From positions 48,628 to 112,627 of the forward strand of contig CAZIDL010000002.1 in NCBI GenBank assembly GCA_964537825.1: a stretch of 64,000 bases of DNA, given 5' to 3'. The position numbers were made by a program, and so were the translations under genes. Below, one piece after another: positions 1-8,829 of this stretch. The notes beneath the pieces are model-generated. The model was given only the letters and a program-made list of their open reading frames with translations. It was not told the origin of the DNA and did not search any database. Source of the DNA: an uncultured Weeksellaceae bacterium. GTDB taxonomy: Bacteria; Bacteroidota; Bacteroidia; Flavobacteriales_D; CAYVSK01. Each line of letters begins with the position of its first letter. The stretch's first letter is position 1.

Positions 1-1094
1 CGAACAGCACGGACCAGACCGTATTCCTTAAGCGTGTCGGGCATCAGGTCATGGCTGATGCTCCTTATTTCTCCCACACCTTTGTGTACGAGCTCGGATA
101 CCATCGGAAGATGGTGCATAGCCTTTTCAGGCTCTCCTTTCCTCCACTTCTTCTCCATCGACTTCAAGTAAACGTTAGCAGCTGTAAGGGTCTGGCCGAC
201 CCCATCGTGAAGATCGTTCGCCATCCGTTTACGCTCCCGCTGCTGCGTCTGTACGATCGCATCGACCAATCGATTCTCCGCTAAACGTTTCTCCGTTATA
301 TCCTGACATACGACAGCAAAGAAGGATGCATCATCATCGGATGCTTTCATCGGATCGATGCTCATGATGAACCAACGCTCTCCTTTCCCATCATCCACCC
401 GAAGCTCACCACTCCATCCTTCTCCCCTGAACATCCGTTCCTTGATCGCTCGCCGGTCCTTTTCTTCAGGAAGAAGATCGAAGAAGGGGGCTCCAATGAC
501 CTTATCCTCGGGCATTTCAAGAGCCCTTACCAACGCCGGGTTCGCATCTATCAGTGGACAGACATCCTCATTATCGAGGCGTAAGATCCCTACGCCATTA
601 TAGGTCGCATCGATGACCTCTTTACGAACCTCAGCCTTCTGTTCTTTATCCGAACGCTCCTGCACATTCTTTACAGCGACGAGCAGCGCATCCCTGCCGC
701 GGTATCGAACCGAGGAGGTCGTGGTATAGACCTTTACCCCCACTCCCTCGGCGTTCCGATGCTCTTCGTAGTGTACCTCACCCGGTACGTAAGCATGTGA
801 AGACCTCTTATTATCGGAAAGCAAAGAGGCGTACTTCCGTCCAACAAGTTCTTTGGAAGAGATCCCATAGAATAAAGCAGCCCGCTCGTCAGCAAAGCGG
901 ACATTGCTACTGATCGGGTCCACGATCAAGAGTCCATCGACCAACCCTTCTGAAGGCAATTCCTGTCCGTTAAGATCCAGGGAACATCGATCCTTGGACC
1001 AAAATTCCGTGACACAATGCCCCCGAAGCCCAACCCCTATAAAAAAGGCGACCGGAAGGAGAACAAAAAAGGCCGTAAGGTCCAGGTCCATCAT
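1..1094 (-). CDS. Sensor histidine kinase (TM + 2 PAS-like + HisKA_3), N-terminal part; 3' end lies beyond the window
   Basis: Absent from the ORF track because it runs off the window. My reverse-strand translation from the ATG at 1092-1094 gives MMDLDLTAFFVLLPVAFFIGVGL (one TM helix). Two PAS-like segments follow (..LLIVDPISSNVRFADERAALFYGISSKELVGRKY.. and ..GILRLDNEDVCPLIDANPA..FFAVVCQDITEKR). Then comes the HisKA_3 H-box RERKRMANDLHDGVGQTLTA. An in-frame stop lies upstream at 1119-1121. Confidence 0.8.
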   Translation of the reverse strand, partial: MMDLDLTAFFVLLPVAFFIGVGLRGHCVTEFWSKDRCSLDLNGQELPSEGLVDGLLIVDPISSNVRFADERAALFYGISSKELVGRKYASLLSDNKRSSHAYVPGEVHYEEHRNAEGVGVKVYTTTSSVRYRGRDALLVAVKNVQERSDKEQKAEVRKEVIDATYNGVGILRLDNEDVCPLIDANPALVRALEMPEDKVIGAPFFDLLPEEKDRRAIKERMFRGEGWSGELRVDDGKGERWFIMSIDPMKASDDDASFFAVVCQDITEKRLAENRLVDAIVQTQQRERKRMANDLHDGVGQTLTAANVYLKSMEKKWRKGEPEKAMHHLPMVSELVHKGVGEIRSISHDLMPDTLKEYGLVRAV

Positions 1095-1144
1095 ACCCCT
1101 CGGGCTTCCTCTACGAATTTATCCATCCATCGGGATCGGTCCTA

Positions 1145-2281
1145 TTACAAGCTCTGAAAAGCTTCGTTGCTAAAGGCATATTCACTCTGAAGGATGGCCA
1201 AAGCATCGTTCAAAGCTTGCACAGAGGTTTCATTGGGTGAATCCCCCAACCGATCACGAAGTGCTTGATGGGAAGAAGCATCGATGATCCCGTCGCTGTT
1301 CGCGTTCAAAGAGAGAAGGACTGCATGGGCCTTGGACCAATGTTGGATGCGATCACCAAGGGATCCCTGATCGATGGCTTTTATCGTCCTTTTGATATGC
1401 CGGACCATTACGGCTGCTGCAGTACGTTCCCATTCTTGTTCCACTTTTTGAACAGCTGCTTTCCGTTCTTGCTTCTTTTCCTGGGTCACTGCCCATCGTC
1501 CCTCGATAAAAGCGGCAAAGAAGCCCGGCAAGTGCTCCAGGGCATCATCCGTACGCAAGCATGTCACCCCCCAGAACCAAGCCCCTTCCTCATGATCGTT
1601 ACCGGTCCCGGGAGAAGTATTTCTGGAAAAATCCCTCGGGACACCGAAGAGGCTGAATGCTTCATCGAGATCACGTTCCCGTGGCGTTGCCTTCCCTCCG
1701 TTCGGGTCGCTGTGATCCTTCATTTCCAGCCCCTCGAGCAACTCTTCCGTAGCGTAACGGAAAAAAGAAGCCCCCATCAGTCCATTTCGTACGAGGGGAA
1801 GAAAGGCGATCGAATCAGGACCAACGAAAGATCCCGCGACCAATGCTCCAGGGGATCCGCTCCTGTTGGAGATGGATTGCAAGATCCCGAGGAAACGTAT
1901 TGAATCCCCATTATTGAGCGTTCCTTCCAGATCCGTTTCCCCATTTCCTACCATACCATTGTTCCGATAAAGGTCCAAAAGCTCCTGAAAGGAGATGGAC
2001 GCCCCGTTCTTCCCAGCGGCCACCTTCTTACAAAGGCGATCGAGAAGCTCGATGCGGATCCGTCCTACCCGGAGCTCAGCATCCTCGAAGGAATAGGTCT
2101 CAGGGGGAGCGCCTGAGTTCCCTTTGTATCGACAGGAACCGTCCTCCTTTTCTGCCTCCGGGTCGTAATTGCTAGCCTTAGGGTCCATGCATCCCTGCTT
2201 TTCATCACAACCTGAAGAAAGGATGATGAACGAAAGAAAAAGCGCGAAAAGGAGGTTTTGAATAAGTTGCTGGATCTTCAA
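1145..2281 (-). CDS. Exported lipoprotein of unknown function (possibly DUF4856-like, unverified)
   Basis: 378-aa ORF. It has a signal peptide plus lipobox (FIILSSGC). A Cys-bracketed module CMDPKASNYDPEAEKEDGSC follows. The TTG start overlaps the response-regulator stop (TTGA). Confidence 0.7.
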   Translation of the reverse strand: MKIQQLIQNLLFALFLSFIILSSGCDEKQGCMDPKASNYDPEAEKEDGSCRYKGNSGAPPETYSFEDAELRVGRIRIELLDRLCKKVAAGKNGASISFQELLDLYRNNGMVGNGETDLEGTLNNGDSIRFLGILQSISNRSGSPGALVAGSFVGPDSIAFLPLVRNGLMGASFFRYATEELLEGLEMKDHSDPNGGKATPRERDLDEAFSLFGVPRDFSRNTSPGTGNDHEEGAWFWGVTCLRTDDALEHLPGFFAAFIEGRWAVTQEKKQERKAAVQKVEQEWERTAAAVMVRHIKRTIKAIDQGSLGDRIQHWSKAHAVLLSLNANSDGIIDASSHQALRDRLGDSPNETSVQALNDALAILQSEYAFSNEAFQSL

Positions 2282-3018
2282 ACCGAAAAAGAGTGCGGGT
2301 CTTCTTCCGAATTTGTTACGTGTTCAGAAGAAGGTCTGTTCGCTCCAGCAAAGAAAAATCGGTTCGGGGAAACCAGCTCCGTTTTGACCGCATAAAGAAC
2401 GATACCAGCCGTATTTCGCACTCCGAGTTTCTTCATGATGTTCTTTCGGTGTGTCGTTACGGTATGGTCACTGATGAAGAGTTTCTCCGCGATCCGATGA
2501 TTGGTATAACCTTCAGCGATCAGCTTGATGATCTCGGACTCCCGCTCTGAAAGGGATACGGCTTCGCAATCCAGGTATTCCCGTTCGATGCTGTCAGGTT
2601 CGATGCCCACTTCACTAACGGCTTCCAGGATCTTTCCGCAAAAGAACTTATGCCCCTTTGCCGTTTCGATAAGGGCATTGCAGATCTCCTCGACGCTGCA
2701 ATCCTTTTTGATGTAACTCATGATCCCTGAACGTAGCGCCGTTTGGATCGCTAAACCAGAGCGATCAGGTGTGATCGCAACGAAGCGGGTATCCGGATGG
2801 TGCTCCAACACAAAAGGGATGCATTCGATGGAAAATCCACTGGAGGTATGGTCGATCAAAACCACATCCGGAACCTCCTTTTCGATCGCTTCCTTGAGGC
2901 CTTCACCATGGGAGAGCACAGCAACGCATTCCAGATGCTCGTGCTGATCGATGACACTACTTGCCCCGACTCTTGAGAGTTCCTGACCGTCCGCTATGAG
3001 AACCCGGATCCGTTCCAT
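2278..3018 (-). CDS. NarL/LuxR-family response regulator (REC + HTH_LuxR)
   Basis: REC features are present: VLIADG, phospho-acceptor VVLIDH, conserved T (VAITPD) and K (SYIKKD). The C-terminal LuxR HTH reads LSERESEIIKLIAEGYTNHRIAEKLFISDHTVTTHRKNIMKKLG. Confidence 0.9.
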   Translation of the reverse strand: MERIRVLIADGQELSRVGASSVIDQHEHLECVAVLSHGEGLKEAIEKEVPDVVLIDHTSSGFSIECIPFVLEHHPDTRFVAITPDRSGLAIQTALRSGIMSYIKKDCSVEEICNALIETAKGHKFFCGKILEAVSEVGIEPDSIEREYLDCEAVSLSERESEIIKLIAEGYTNHRIAEKLFISDHTVTTHRKNIMKKLGVRNTAGIVLYAVKTELVSPNRFFFAGANRPSSEHVTNSEEDPHSFSV

Positions 3019-3026
3019 TCTTGGGA

Positions 3027-3034
3027 CAAATCTA
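3027..3034 (-). promoter_or_regulatory. Bacteroidota -7 promoter box TAGATTTG (TAnnTTTG), 8 nt upstream of the response-regulator ATG
   Basis: The plus strand reads CAAATCTA, which is a perfect TAnnTTTG on the minus strand. It lies in the 53-nt gap between the rnz stop and the regulator start. Confidence 0.5.
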
Positions 3035-3071
3035 AGAACTATTTAGAAAGATCCTAAATAATCTGATCAGA

Positions 3072-4022
3072 TCAGTTCATGGACCCCGGCAAGAGATCGG
3101 GACGATCGACCCGTATGCGAAGGCCATCCTTCGCAAGGAGCACATTGGGAAAGACCTTTTCCGCTTCTTTCAGGAAGGGGGTGAGCTCCCGATATCTTGC
3201 AGAAAAGTGACCGAGAAGGAGCCGTCCGGCGTTTGCATCCTTGGCCGCTTGGGCGGCCTGAGAAGCTGTTGAATGAAAGGTCTTTGCTGCCCGCTCCTTC
3301 TCCTCTTCAAGAAAGGTCGCGTCGTGGTACAGGAGATCCACGTTCCGGATCTGTTCGGCCGTCCCCTGCCGGTAAGCGGTATCCGAAAAGTAAGCGTAAC
3401 TATAGGCAGGAGGAGCTGGATCGGTAAGTTCTTCACAGGGGACCGCTACCCCGTTCCGGTCCAGAACATCCATCCCTTCTTTTAGCTTCGGCCGCTCCCG
3501 GATCGGAATATCGTAGACTGCAAGTTTCTCTTTCCGGATCTTGCGTTTTTTGGGCTTCTCCTGAAAATGAAAACCTGTGCAATGGGTACGGTGAAATAAG
3601 GGGATGCTATGAACCTCCAGGTCTTCCTCTTCGAGGATGCGCTGAGCTACATTTCCGTCCGTCGGCTCAAAGCGAATGGGGAAACGGAGTTCCGTCCCCG
3701 TCCGCTCCATATTATAGTGGAGGATGTCCTGGAGTTCCGGAGGTGCATGAACACAAAGTTCCTTTTCCCTTCCAAGGAGGTGAAAAGTAGCGATAAGACC
3801 GGGCAGTCCCAGATAATGATCCCCGTGCAAGTGGGAGATGAAGATGTGGGATATGCGCTGGAATTTGAAGCCGTAGCGTTTAAGTTCCAATTGGGTCCCT
3901 TCCCCGCAATCGATAAGAAAATACTTCTCGTTCAGGTTGAGGAGTTGGGCAGATGGTTTGCGATCGAGGCGTGGAAGGGCAGAACCTGATCCCAGAACGC
4001 TCAGTTCGAATTTCATCAGCAC
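3072..4022 (-). CDS. rnz: Ribonuclease Z (metallo-beta-lactamase fold)
   Basis: LSVLGSGSALP..FLIDCGEGTQ..ISHLHGDHYLGLPGL (HxHxDH motif). Length is about 316 aa. The start is GTG at 4022 or ATG at 4016. Confidence 0.9.
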   Translation of the reverse strand: MLMKFELSVLGSGSALPRLDRKPSAQLLNLNEKYFLIDCGEGTQLELKRYGFKFQRISHIFISHLHGDHYLGLPGLIATFHLLGREKELCVHAPPELQDILHYNMERTGTELRFPIRFEPTDGNVAQRILEEEDLEVHSIPLFHRTHCTGFHFQEKPKKRKIRKEKLAVYDIPIRERPKLKEGMDVLDRNGVAVPCEELTDPAPPAYSYAYFSDTAYRQGTAEQIRNVDLLYHDATFLEEEKERAAKTFHSTASQAAQAAKDANAGRLLLGHFSARYRELTPFLKEAEKVFPNVLLAKDGLRIRVDRPDLLPGSMN

Positions 4023-4031
4023 CCCTTCCCC

Positions 4032-4439
4032 TCAGGAAGACTTTCCATTCTGATCTTCGTCACCATCCTCTTCATCCCCAAGATCCCGCTCCACTTCTTC
4101 CATAAAGAGCAGATCCTTGGCTTCGTTCACGGTAGGCGTCACATTAAGGACCTCTTCGAGTTGGGAGATGGAAATGAGTTTTTGAACGCCATCCTGAACC
4201 CCCGCGAGAACGAAACTCCCGTTCATTTCTTTGCAGAGGCGATTTCCCACCAGGATCGCGCTAAGCCCTGAAGAGTCGCAATATTTGGATGCACTCAGAT
4301 CCACGATCATATTCCGATACCCTTGTTTGTTGAGGTAAACGATCTCGGATTTCAGATCAGGGGCTTTGGTGGAATCCAATTTCTCCACCCTCGAAGTGAT
4401 CAGCGCAAAACGGTCGTTCTGTTCGGTCTCGAAGTGCAT
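4032..4439 (-). CDS. STAS-domain anti-sigma-factor antagonist (SpoIIAA/RsbV-like) with acidic tail
   Basis: I use the internal ATG at 4439 because the longer ORF-track start overlaps pyrB. The phosphorylatable motif CDSSGLSAILVG is present. The C-terminal tail is DLGDEEDGDEDQNGKSS. Confidence 0.85.
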   Translation of the reverse strand: MHFETEQNDRFALITSRVEKLDSTKAPDLKSEIVYLNKQGYRNMIVDLSASKYCDSSGLSAILVGNRLCKEMNGSFVLAGVQDGVQKLISISQLEEVLNVTPTVNEAKDLLFMEEVERDLGDEEDGDEDQNGKSS

Positions 4440-4479
4440 GGGGTTCCCTCTGTTCGGTTTCAAAAATAAAGAAGCATAG

Positions 4480-5439
4480 CTATTCGCGTTCAAGCTTTCC
4501 GGCCAACAGATAAAGGACCGCCATGCGCACGGCGACACCGTTCTCAACTTGATCGAGGATGATCGAGCGATCGGAATCAGCGACCTCACTACTTAGCTCC
4601 ACACCTCGATTGATCGGTCCCGGATGCATGATCGTGAACGGGTTATCGATGGAATCCATGAGCTCCCGGTCGATGCCGTACATCATCCTATATTCCCGGA
4701 GGGACGGGAAAAAGGTAGCCTTATCCCCTTCCCTTCCGGTGGGGTCCTTCTGCCTTTCAAGTTGAATGCGAAGCATATTGGCCACATCACACCATTCCAA
4801 CCCTTTCCGGAGCTCGGTCTCCACTCCTACCCCCAAGGAACGGATATGCTTAGGGATCAAGGAAAGCGGTCCACAAACTTTCACTTCAGCACCGAGGGTG
4901 CGCAGGCAGAATATGTTGGACAATGCCACACGGGAATGAAGGATATCCCCGACGAGCAATATTTTCTTTCCTTCTATACCCCCCAGAGCCTCTCGAATGG
5001 AGAAGGCATCCAGCAATGCTTGGGTGGGATGTTCATGGGTCCCATCACCTGCATTGACCACAACGGCATTCGTGTTCTCGGAAAGAAAGCGTGCTGCACC
5101 AGGAGAAGGATGACGAAGGACGAGCATGTCAACCTTCATGGATAGAATGTTATCCACGGTATCGATGAGGGTCTCCCCTTTGCTCAGCGAAGAACCAGAA
5201 GCAGAGAAGTTAACGACATCCGCGGAAAGGCGCTTTTCAGCAAGTTCGAAGGAAAGCCGTGTCCGCGTGGAGCTCTCGAAGAAGATATTGGATATGGTAA
5301 GGTCGCGAAGCGAAGGGACCTTCTTGATGGGTCGCTCCAACACCTCCTTGAAATGATCAGCCGTCTGAAAGATCTGCTCATAGTCACGCTCTGTGAGCGA
5401 CTCTGTTCCGAGGAGATGTTCGACGCTCAATCCGCTCAT
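4480..5439 (-). CDS. pyrB: Aspartate carbamoyltransferase catalytic subunit
   Basis: Motifs seen: FFESSTRTRLSFE, HPTQALLD and a HPGPINRG-type C-terminus. Length is 319 aa. Confidence 0.97.
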   Translation of the reverse strand: MSGLSVEHLLGTESLTERDYEQIFQTADHFKEVLERPIKKVPSLRDLTISNIFFESSTRTRLSFELAEKRLSADVVNFSASGSSLSKGETLIDTVDNILSMKVDMLVLRHPSPGAARFLSENTNAVVVNAGDGTHEHPTQALLDAFSIREALGGIEGKKILLVGDILHSRVALSNIFCLRTLGAEVKVCGPLSLIPKHIRSLGVGVETELRKGLEWCDVANMLRIQLERQKDPTGREGDKATFFPSLREYRMMYGIDRELMDSIDNPFTIMHPGPINRGVELSSEVADSDRSIILDQVENGVAVRMAVLYLLAGKLERE

Positions 5440-5993
5440 CGCTCTTCCTCCGGTGAATAAAGCAGGACCTCCTGCGGGGCCCCTTCCTGGGTCCAGTTCA
5501 CTATCACGCGTTCCTGATCCACAGTGTCCACGGTCATACCTGTCATATCAGGCTGTATCGGTAAATGCCTACTGAAGCGACGATCCACAAGGACCAACAA
5601 TTCAACCGTCCGCGGACGACCATAGGCGAGCATAGCGTCTAGAGCAGCGCGAATGGTCCGTCCGGTATATAGGACATCGTCCACGAGGATCACGTCCTTT
5701 TCGTCGAGACTCCCTTCGATGGAAGTCGTGCTCGGGATCGGCGGATCCTCCTTTCGGCGGATATCATCCCTGAAGAAAGTGATATCCAGCTCCCCACGCT
5801 GGACCTTCTCCCCATTCAGGATCCCCTGAAGCCCCCTGGCAAGCCGCTCTGAAAGGTACGGGCCACGCGGTTGGATCCCGAGGAGGACGAGCTCTTGGGG
5901 GCGGTCGTAGGATTCGATGACCTGATAACAGAGCCGGTCGATCGTCAGCGCGAATTGCTCCTTCCCAAGGATCCGAACATGTTCCGATGCCAT
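5436..5993 (-). CDS. pyrR: PyrR, bifunctional pyrimidine regulatory protein / uracil phosphoribosyltransferase
   Basis: The PRPP-binding motif VILVDDVLYTGRTIRAA is present. I prefer the ATG at 5993 over the TTG at 6002 because a -7 box occupies 6000-6007. The stop overlaps the pyrB ATG (ATGA). Confidence 0.92.
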   Translation of the reverse strand: MASEHVRILGKEQFALTIDRLCYQVIESYDRPQELVLLGIQPRGPYLSERLARGLQGILNGEKVQRGELDITFFRDDIRRKEDPPIPSTTSIEGSLDEKDVILVDDVLYTGRTIRAALDAMLAYGRPRTVELLVLVDRRFSRHLPIQPDMTGMTVDTVDQERVIVNWTQEGAPQEVLLYSPEEER

Positions 5994-5999
5994 AATGAG

Positions 6000-6007
6000 C
6001 AAAGATA
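6000..6007 (-). promoter_or_regulatory. -7 promoter box TATCTTTG, 6 nt upstream of the pyrR ATG
   Basis: The plus strand reads CAAAGATA, a perfect TAnnTTTG on the minus strand. It lies between the protease stop (6030) and the pyrR start. Confidence 0.55.
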
Positions 6008-6029
6008 GGGATCGGTCGCGAACAGCATC

Positions 6030-8366
6030 TCACCGATCGATAAGGAGCTTGCGCCGGTAGCGGCCGAGTGCCCCCTCGATCTCTACAAGATAAAGTCCAG
6101 AGCTCAAAGTGGACAAGAGGATCTTTCGGTCGAAACGATAAGCATCCAATACGATCTTCCTGAAAAAAACCTTTCGTCCGGTCATATCATAGATCCGCAA
6201 GCGGTACTTCCCCGGCTCTCCTTCGATCCGAACACGGATCCATCCGGGTGCAGGGTTCGGAACGACCTGCATAAGGTCCTCCTCTGGAGGCGATGGGGAC
6301 CGCACCGAATCCGTACAGAAAGACAGGAGGGTATCACTACCGAAATCAGGCTGTCCGAGCTCCACCAGCTTTTCCCCCTCCATTGATCGGATGCTCAGTT
6401 CACCGTCCACGTTGCATTCGGGGTATTGACCCCCGTTCATGCCATCCCCATAGCTGTCGTGGAGATGGAGTTCATAACAACCTTCTACCAGACAAAATTC
6501 ATGAAGGGTTTCCTGCCCCCCTTCGTTCGGAGAACCACTCCTTCCAGCATAATACCCTTCTTCACGTTGATAGAGCGTGTCCGTTCCCTCCTTTTCTACA
6601 AGTTCCCAAGAAGTCTCAGAACCGTAACAATCGGTCTGAAGATCCATCTCCAGGACCTGCGCTTTCGTCCGAAAAGAAAAGGTGCGTGTCGCCTGGTCGT
6701 TCGAAGGATCCTGATCGGTCTTTCCGTTCGGGGACCGGACTCCGCCGGTCAACTGACCCTTCCCGGTATCCTGAAGGGTATGTGTGGAAAAGGCCAGGGT
6801 ATCATAACGGCCCGGATCGAGCTTTCCTTTCCAGGTCTTTTTTTCGATCGTGTCCCCTTCCAGCAGGAGATATAGCTCAAGGCTATCGAGCGACTGACCC
6901 CCAAGATTCCTGAATTCGGCTTTTGCACTGAAAGACCCATCATTGCAAAGGACCGTTCCGGAGACCAAGAGCGAAGTGAGCGCTGCATCGTATGGATGAT
7001 CCCCGACCAACGGGTCGTGGCCTTGCCATCGACTTACATTGGTATCGAGTGGATCGAGCCAGTGTTTTAGTTGGGAATCATTAGGAGTATGATAGTCCCA
7101 TGAGATCGAAAATCGCCCGAAATAATCATTGACGTTGTTCTGGCACGTCGCATCCCCTCCATGTAGTTGGCCGATGATCTTGCCTTCCTCGTCGAAGAGC
7201 GGGGACCCACTCGACCCCGTTTCAGTAGTGGTATTGCGGTCCCATTCTTTCACATTCCATTCACCGTTCGGGATCGAAGTGTTGAACTGGGCCGAATCGG
7301 GCTGGTCGTCATCGAAAGCGATCTTTTTGATGTCCCCGTTCGGATGATGGATGCAGACACTCGAATCAGGGGTGTTCCCGGAATGATCCCATCCAGCATA
7401 GAACACCTCATAAGCGGTCGGAGGGGTATCCACCAATTCCACAAGAGCAAAATCGGAATCCTCGTGCCTCGCACGAAGGGTGCTCCCGGAGACACTCTGA
7501 TCCGTCGGACCGGGTTCATCCACGCAATCCGGCGACTCGTAGTTGAAGAGGAAGACCCATCCCGAAGGCGGTCCCCCGTTGTCCAAACAATGGGCTGCGG
7601 TCAAAAAATAAGGGGTTCCATCCTCGGCGGTATTGTTGACCAATGCACCGCTACAAAGGCGATTACCGTTATCGATGACCATGGCCACAGCTCGCTTCTG
7701 GATCCGCCAAGGCTTTCCATCAGGACAGTTAACGTTCAGGTTGCAATCCCCGGCATCTCCGTAACCCCTGTTCCCTTGGATGCTCCTGTTCAGAAAGTCC
7801 CTATAAGCATGGGAAATACGGCTTAGGACCAGTTCACTGTTCCCATTTCCTCCTATTGGCTCGATGAGCTCTATAACGGCTCGATCCCCAGGTACCGGCA
7901 TGGTGGCCAAACTCCTACCTGGCGACCGGTTCGCGCGTGTAAAACTCCCCAGCACTTTGCGCTGATCCGGGGTGTAGATGAATATACGCGCCCCTTTCAC
8001 TAGATCGAAAGGGCGAAAAGCGAAGTTCAGCGATCTGGCTCCCACACTGCGGATCCCCAGCCTCCAAACCGTTCTCCCATCAGAGGTCCTGGAACGCTTT
8101 CCGCTTTCCTTGATATCGATGCTCACCGAACGGTTCTTGGCAAAACGCAACACCTTATTACCTGCAGCCCTTTTGATCGAATCAGCTTTTAATAACCCTT
8201 TTGTATCGACCCTTGGATATTCGATAAAAGGTACCTCAGTAGAGTTCGGATCGATAGGGCCTCCAAAAGGTTCGCCCCCATATTGGATCTGGGCACTCCC
8301 TGAAATTAAGAAGGAGCAAGCCAGCATCGATAAGATCGAGCGTGCTATGGCCTTTTTAATAAACAT
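6030..8366 (-). CDS. Secreted trypsin-like serine endopeptidase (lysyl-endopeptidase-like) with T9SS C-terminal sorting domain
   Basis: The catalytic His motif LTAAHCL and the Ser motif TETGSSGSPLF are present. The signal peptide is [26 protein letters not shown]. The C-terminal ~80 aa (..YRLRIYDMTGRKVF..GLYLVEIEG..) resemble a Por/T9SS tail. An alternative start lies at 8390. Confidence 0.85.
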   Translation of the reverse strand: MFIKKAIARSILSMLACSFLISGSAQIQYGGEPFGGPIDPNSTEVPFIEYPRVDTKGLLKADSIKRAAGNKVLRFAKNRSVSIDIKESGKRSRTSDGRTVWRLGIRSVGARSLNFAFRPFDLVKGARIFIYTPDQRKVLGSFTRANRSPGRSLATMPVPGDRAVIELIEPIGGNGNSELVLSRISHAYRDFLNRSIQGNRGYGDAGDCNLNVNCPDGKPWRIQKRAVAMVIDNGNRLCSGALVNNTAEDGTPYFLTAAHCLDNGGPPSGWVFLFNYESPDCVDEPGPTDQSVSGSTLRARHEDSDFALVELVDTPPTAYEVFYAGWDHSGNTPDSSVCIHHPNGDIKKIAFDDDQPDSAQFNTSIPNGEWNVKEWDRNTTTETGSSGSPLFDEEGKIIGQLHGGDATCQNNVNDYFGRFSISWDYHTPNDSQLKHWLDPLDTNVSRWQGHDPLVGDHPYDAALTSLLVSGTVLCNDGSFSAKAEFRNLGGQSLDSLELYLLLEGDTIEKKTWKGKLDPGRYDTLAFSTHTLQDTGKGQLTGGVRSPNGKTDQDPSNDQATRTFSFRTKAQVLEMDLQTDCYGSETSWELVEKEGTDTLYQREEGYYAGRSGSPNEGGQETLHEFCLVEGCYELHLHDSYGDGMNGGQYPECNVDGELSIRSMEGEKLVELGQPDFGSDTLLSFCTDSVRSPSPPEEDLMQVVPNPAPGWIRVRIEGEPGKYRLRIYDMTGRKVFFRKIVLDAYRFDRKILLSTLSSGLYLVEIEGALGRYRRKLLIDR

Positions 8367-8829
8367 AGCGGAGCTGCTGGTCGGAGCCATGGAGGTGGAG
8401 GATCAGCTTATCGCTATCGGGGTGACGGAGCTTGCGAAGCTGATACCGAAGCGTGTCCGTGATCAGCGATCGGCAGGCGTCACCGTTGGCGTTGTGGGAA
8501 AGAAAGAGCTGAACCGAAGGAGGCGAGCTCTTGCTGTAGGCCTTATCCGACATAAGCCGAAAGCGATGCTCTTTACAACCACCGCTGTACCGAACTTGCA
8601 GCTCTAATAGGTCCCCATCCACTCTCACCTTCTCAAAACGGAAGGGATCCGATCCTTTTTCGTCCCATCCATCCTCCCGAATTTCCAATTGCCGAACGTC
8701 CTTATCCGTCGTTTCCTCAGGAGCAACCTCTTGTTCTCCTTCAGAACCTGCTGATCGGGATGAAGAACACGCAAATGGAACGATGGAGGCAAAAAGCAAA
8801 AGGGCCATATGCTTCAAGGATGCGTTCAC
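8356..8829 (-). CDS. Small lipoprotein of unknown function
   Basis: 157-aa ORF with signal peptide and lipobox ([10 protein letters not shown]). It has two further Cys residues ([15 protein letters not shown]). The GTG start overlaps the uvrB stop (GTGA), and the 3' end overlaps the protease start. Confidence 0.7.
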   Translation of the reverse strand: MNASLKHMALLLFASIVPFACSSSRSAGSEGEQEVAPEETTDKDVRQLEIREDGWDEKGSDPFRFEKVRVDGDLLELQVRYSGGCKEHRFRLMSDKAYSKSSPPSVQLFLSHNANGDACRSLITDTLRYQLRKLRHPDSDKLILHLHGSDQQLRYVY

